Assembly (NCBI RefSeq): GCF_046119375.1
Contig: NW_027362761.1
Span: 424,514,001 to 424,578,000, forward strand
Length of the DNA stretch: 64,000 nucleotides
Reading direction: 5' to 3'
Origin: Phyllobates terribilis
Lineage: Eukaryota
Each line of letters starts with the position of its first letter. The stretch's first letter is position 1. Shown in pieces: positions 58,228 to 64,000 of the stretch. A program made the position numbers and the translations under genes. The notes under the pieces are model-generated. The model was not told the DNA's origin. It saw only the letters and a program-made list of their open reading frames with translations, and ran no database searches.

Positions 58228-58601
58228 GGCTGCGTGCCCACTATGCGTTTTTCAAGCGTTTTAGATGCGGAATTTCCGCAGCAGAAACGCTTTAAAAATG
58301 CTTGGTAATACGTGCCCCATGGTCCCCAATGAAAATCTGCATGTTCTGTGCACATGCTGCAGAATTTTCCGCAGCGAATTTTCAGTGCGGAAAAATCCGC
58401 ATCATGTCCATTATTTGTGTGTTTCTGCATGCGGATTTGAGGTCCCAATGCATTTGAAAAACGCAAGTCAAATCCGCATGTAAAAACGCTGCAAAAACGC
58501 TTAAAAACGCATGTAAAATCCACAAGCTTTTTTACTGCCAAGGACATGCAGAAACGCTGCGGAAATTTTCTGTTTCAATTCTGCATCGTGGGCTCATAGC
58601 C
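58228..58601. mobile_element. PIF/Harbinger-like MITE
   Basis: TAA|GGCTGCGTGCCCAC...GTGGGCTCATAGCC|TAA. Confidence 0.7.
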
Positions 58602-60489
58602 TAAGAAGACGCACTTTTTTCCTCCCAAATTTGGGAAGAAAATGGGGGGTGCGTCTTATGGTCCGAACGTAACTTACCGGTGGTGCGGTGGTGGTGGAGC
58701 GAGATCGAAGTACCTCCGCTCCTTCCCTCCATCAGGAAGGAGGCGGCGCATAATGTAGCGCATAATGTATCCAGCAGGGCCGGACTGGGACTAAAAATCA
58801 GCCCTGGCACACAGACCTCACCAGCCCACATACCATATTGCCCCCCCCTACTCCTACATCACAAAAAATGTTAACACCACTCCTTTCAAAGGGGCTGTCC
58901 ACAACTCTGACAACCCTTTCTCAATCAGCATGTTTTCCCCCATTAAAATAACACTTATACTGACGTCCGACGCCATTCCAGCGGTGTTGGCACTCGCCCT
59001 CCCGGGGCTCACATGGCACTATGTCACACGAGCCCACTGGCCTCTCTTCCCGCCTTTCGACTAATCAATAATCAAGAGGAAGTCAGAACTGCTGCTGGCT
59101 GCTAACTTCCTCATGATTACTGATTTGTCCGAAGGCGAGGAGAGAGTTATCAAATGAAGCCTGGAGCCGCATATGTAAAATTTCTTCTCTGCCCTCTCCT
59201 CCTCTCTGGTGTTGGAGTAATGGTGCACTGAGCACTTAGCGACACCAAGGGTGCACCAAAATCCCCTCATTTGCATTTGAAGTAAGTTATTTTCTCATTC
59301 ACTGTACCACAATTGTGCTAGTATGTTTTTTTTTAGGGGATCAGTCCCCTGTATAACTAGTGCAGTAATATGCAATCTGGGGTGATCAACTCCCTTTAAA
59401 TATGTAAACCCCGCCATCCTCACAAGTTGAACAGTACGTGTGGGATACACAGTTTGTCCATTTGGGGCATTTATGACAAATTGAAAGGATATGCCGTATA
59501 GCGTATGTCCGATAAATGCAGGTCCCACTGCTGAATGGAAAGATTGGGGACCCTTTGGTGGTTTCCTCACTTGTCTTTGTTAGTGAAAACTTGTATTTCC
59601 TATGAAACAATTATGGAGCATTACTTTTTTTTTTTTTTTGCATTGTGGCATTCCTCAGTTATTCCTCCTGGAAATATATGAATAAACTGACATATAGCTG
59701 CTACCAGTCGTGTGTCCCTACCCAGTCTAACCTTGACTAATCATTGCTGGCAGTACCAGACTGTGTAGGTGAGAAGGAGAATGGTAACCCTTAGTTGACA
59801 GTACGGCCTGGGATGCTAATTTCGCAACGCTACTAATTGACAGCTGCAGTTCTGAGAATTACATGTACTCTAGGAGATGGCATTGTACATCAGCTGAAGC
59901 CATATAGGTAAGATCAGGTAGTTGTGACTCTGATTACACCAGATGCTATACACACATTTCCAGGAGTAACAACAGAGGAACTGCACAACACTGAGTCCAC
60001 AGGCATTATACATTAAGTATCAGAACGTCATAATTCTGTACATGATATGCATGAAAGACAATCAAAGAAGAAATACTTGTTAGAAATAAATATCATTATC
60101 AACAGAAAAAACGCCATGATATTGACCTATACGTTATACCTCTAATAGTCTACTAAAATAAAAAGGAGACATCAGCCACCCATATAGAACTTACATGACT
60201 CAATCAGCAAGGACCCTAAACCCAGACTCATCACTGAACCTTTATAATGTGATCGCGGTCACGACTGCATGCACTATTAGGTCAATCGCTAGAATGACCA
60301 TCAGGCTACGTTCACTCGATCAGTGTTTGGTCAGTATTTTACATCAGTATTTGTAAACCAAAACTAGATTTTGGCTTGCAAATACTGATGTAAAATACTG
60401 ACCAAATACTGAACGTGTGAACGTGGTCTAAAAATAAATATGTGAATGCAGAGCTATTGAATCATGTATGAGCCTTTAGGCGATGTTTA

Positions 60490-61876
60490 TGTGGCGCCCC
60501 TGCGGGTCCAGTCGCCACAGAGGTACTGCATCTCAGCCAGAGGTGTGGTACCCTACTCTCGGGAGGGAGCACTACCCGGGACCCACACACCCACATCCAA
60601 CACCACATCACTCCAGTAGGGAAGGGCGAGATTGCTCCTGAGGGAGAGCACAGTCCCTGTCCCTGTCTGGAGGAGGGAACTAGGGGTAGAGGAGGTGGGT
60701 GGAGGAAGTAGTTTAGGTGAGCACACAAGGAAGGACTGAAGGTAGAGGGGACCACGTAGAGTGACAGTTAGTGACGTGGGTGACATGGCAGACAGTATAA
60801 AAAGACAGGTAGAAACATCTAGAAGGGCCCAGTGAGTGAGGACCGTTGAGGAGTAGGGTCCAGACAGAGTGAGGACCCAGTCAGAGGAGTCCAGTAGAAG
60901 AGAGAACGAGAGGAGCGAGGGAGTTAGAGAAGGGCTCCAGAGACAGAGAAGTGATCTTAGGGGCACGGGAAGTGCGGAGTCCACCCGTGCGCCCGAATTC
61001 ACACCGACCGTAGTCGGGAGAAGGGATCAGGTCGCAGTAGGGGACCGGCCCCAGACTAGTGGAGGACTGCAAGTCTCAACTAGCAAAGCGGAGGCTGCGG
61101 TATCTCTGTTCCGTAGCCAAAACCGCACACATTCGCTGAAAAGGTGGCCATATAGGACCAAAGGGACCGTTGAGGAGTAGGGTCCAGACAGAGTGAGGGC
61201 CCAGTCAAAGAGGCCCAGTAGGAGAGAGAACGAGAGGAGCGAGGGAGTCAGAGAAGGGCTCCAGAGACAGAGAGGCGATCTTAGGGGCATGGGAAGTGAG
61301 GAGTCCACCCGTCGCCTGACAAGGCCCGCGGCCACTGGCTCGGGACACTGTTTGTGAGGCACAGGGCAGGAGGGCGAGAGCCAGCTCAGAGAGAGACGAC
61401 TCGGGAAAGGTACACAAGAAGGAGGTCCCGATCAAGTGCACCCAAGTTATCTGAGAATTGGCTGGATCACTTTCCCGGAGGACACAGGACTCAGTAGGCT
61501 GTTATAACCTGCTGGTAGTTGTAACTTGGAACATCATAAGAACTGTGAGTAAAAACTTGAAGACTGCACCCCGCTGTGTCCTTGACTTAATTGCTGCGTC
61601 ACCTGCCTTGCACTACACCAACAACAAAGCTACCTCTTTAACTGCCTTGGGGCCTAGCTCTACCCGTGGAGAGCTGAACCATCTCTGCTGCGTCACCAAT
61701 GGCCCCAGTGGATCTGAACTGCAGCGGCGGGTGGCGTCACAAAACTTTATCCCCAAAACTTTATACCCTCTGTTATTGACCACCCGGGGCCACGGACCGG
61801 GTCACGCCACCGTGACTATCCTAAAAGAACCGACCGGCTCTGCGCCAAGTACTCCACGGCCCCAGGGGGCGCGTCA
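60490..61876 (+). mobile_element. Solo LTR, Gypsy family D (1387 bp) with an internal direct duplication of about 147 bp
   Basis: TGTGGCGCCCC...GGCCCAGGGGGCGCGTCA, TTTA TSD on both sides; 60841-60990 is repeated at 61166-61312. Confidence 0.88.
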
Positions 61877-64000
61877 TTTACACAGTGCTTTTTTGCAGCA
61901 TTTTTTCCTGCACAAAAAACAATGTTGGCAGGAAAAACGCTGCATACATTATGTGCTTTTTTTGATGCATTCATTTAAGTAGGTAAAAAATCTAGCAAAA
62001 AACGCTGAAAGAATTTAAAAACTGCGGTTGTAAGATGAACGCATAGTAGCTCAAAAACGCAAAGAAGAAGAAACTGTAAATGAAATTTTAGAAATCACAT
62101 TTTTTTGCTACTATTGTAAAATGCTGCATTTTTTCAAATGCAAAAAAAGCATGGGAAAAGCAGCAAAAACGCTGTGTGAACAATCTCTCATTAGGATTCC
62201 AGGTATCCGAATACTGTTGTCTGATAACCCAAGACCACGGGCTCCTACCCTGTCCCTAACGTTAGGGGTGCCCTAGCTATCCCTGCTCCCCATGTTACTT
62301 CTGATGGTGAAGATGCTGGGGCCATGTACCTTTCTGTATTCCTGAATCAACCCTTATCTGTCCCCTCCCCCCCCCAGGGAAGTGGGGAGGAATAGTGCAT
62401 GTAAATACACAAACCAGATAAGCAAGGAAAATACCAAACATACAAAATATGCACTCACAGACAAGGGATGGAAGCGCTGAAGGGATTAAGAGGGAAAACA
62501 AAAATAGAAGATAAAGGGACTATGCACACAGCCAAAATACCAAGAAACAGTCACAGTACAATTCTCCTTATATGCTTCTACTGAACAACGAATCCTCCAC
62601 TCCTCACCAGGTGGTACAAGACTTAACACTGGCAATCCAGATTGCCAGAGCAGAGACTATATAGGAGGGGGAAGTGGTTGATACTGCACAGCTGAGAACT
62701 TCCAAGAAGGAAGCTACAGAGACTGAAGGTTGAGCAGTTTAACTCCTGCACTGCTGAAAGAAGCCAGCAGCATTTAATAAGAGGGAGAAGTGCTTTTATT
62801 CAATCCAGGAGTACGTGAACTCAGGTGCTGGGGTCTTCTGGCTCTTCTCTGTCGCGGTAAACCAGTGAAACCAGGTTTGTTTGTATTTTAAAGATGATTG
62901 TAGAAAACACAGTAAAAATTTCATATAAATTGGCAGCATTTCTTACACCAAAAATGTTACTCCAGTCTCTGACTGAAGTAACATTTCTGGCAAGGTGAAC
63001 AGAGGTACCTCAGTAAATGTGCCAAATTCAATAAGTGTCTTGTGCCTCTTAAGGAATTTTGCACATCTTATTACTTCACTCCCCTCATTAAGGCTAGCAG
63101 CAAAACACCAGTCTTAATGAATTGGGGCCTTTATATGAAATAGAGTACTATACTAAGCTATTACAAAACACAAGAAAAAAATTAAAATACAGTAAACCAG
63201 AAAAATCAGGACAAAAGTACATCCTTTTTGTCTCTGTTTGTTGAGTGGAGCCCTAGGCAGGGGCGTAACTCCAATTGGTTCAGGGGTTGCAGTCTCATGC
63301 AGGCCATGGAGTCTAAGGGGCCCAAACGGTCCTTTAAGCCCATATGAGAAAACCAATACTATTACAAGCCCATGATTGCTAGGGGCCATGTTGGAGATTT
63401 TGCATTGGGGCCCCTGAACTTCAATTTATATCACTGGTCCTATGGATATATTTAGTGTGGTTGATAGCTTGTATGCCAAAAATACTCCTAAGTGAAGACC
63501 ACTAGCTTGATGTTAACATCACCTAATTTCTGAGCCCATCATCCACAAAATTAAAAGGCCATCTCAAATTGCAACTGCCATGAGCAAATATCAATAGGAG
63601 CGTCTCAGCCCGTCACCTTGTCACTTCTGGTACCCCTGCCAACTGACCATAGTTCAGAATTGCTTCATGGACACTCATTTTGGGACCACATTACTATTTT
63701 TCCAGTAAATACTGCAGGAGGTTGGCACTTATATACCTGTGTGAATGTCTGTTCTGATAATGATGAACTTCAGGGCAAACTCTGCAACCAGGAGCATTAG
63801 AAGCTACTAATTAGTGCACGATATAGGAGACCTGCTTGTCAAATCTGTGTCCAGATACTTTGTGGAGTGACCTTTCTAAACTCTTAGACCACTGAGTTGT
63901 CCAGTCATTTTGTTTATTTATCTTCCTTAAAGATAAGTAGATGAACAGATGACCTCAGACTCCACAGAATGCAGGACTCACTGCTACACAATGGTACAAT

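Noticed and set aside
62215-62872. Possible further solo LTR
   Set aside because: Composition resembles 9096-9657, but termini and TSD could not be fixed.

Overview
Vertebrate DNA, probably anuran (frog), inferred from the repeat landscape and not from any database search. The only host-gene coding sequence I can support is coding exon 1 of camk4 (Ca2+/calmodulin-dependent kinase IV) on the minus strand at 48750-48916. Bases 1-48749 are therefore most simply its large first intron, and 48917-64000 is 5'UTR, promoter and upstream region. The intron holds two near-identical Ty3/Gypsy LTR retrotransposons in inverted orientation: an intact, young copy at 17957-25850 and a Gag-truncated copy at 1-6370 that runs off the window. 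The intact copy sits inside the leader of a class I (gamma/epsilon-like) endogenous retrovirus at about 17142-30742, whose 3' end was deleted into a chimeric Tc1 remnant. Upstream of camk4 lie a non-autonomous LTR element and two solo LTRs of the same Gypsy clade. The rest is MITEs and LINE/Penelope fragments. The most unusual signals: (1) a RanBP2/NZF-type C4 zinc finger in the ERV Gag, next to its PPxY late domain; (2) a second PBS-like motif in U5 of all four related LTR lineages, which appears to switch with the tRNA-Ser isoacceptor; (3) a non-autonomous LTR element carrying an orphan ORF in place of gag-pol; (4) a dUTPase-like spacer in Gypsy Pol; (5) a decayed hammerhead ribozyme. All identifications come from reading motifs by eye and from remembered family consensus sequences.
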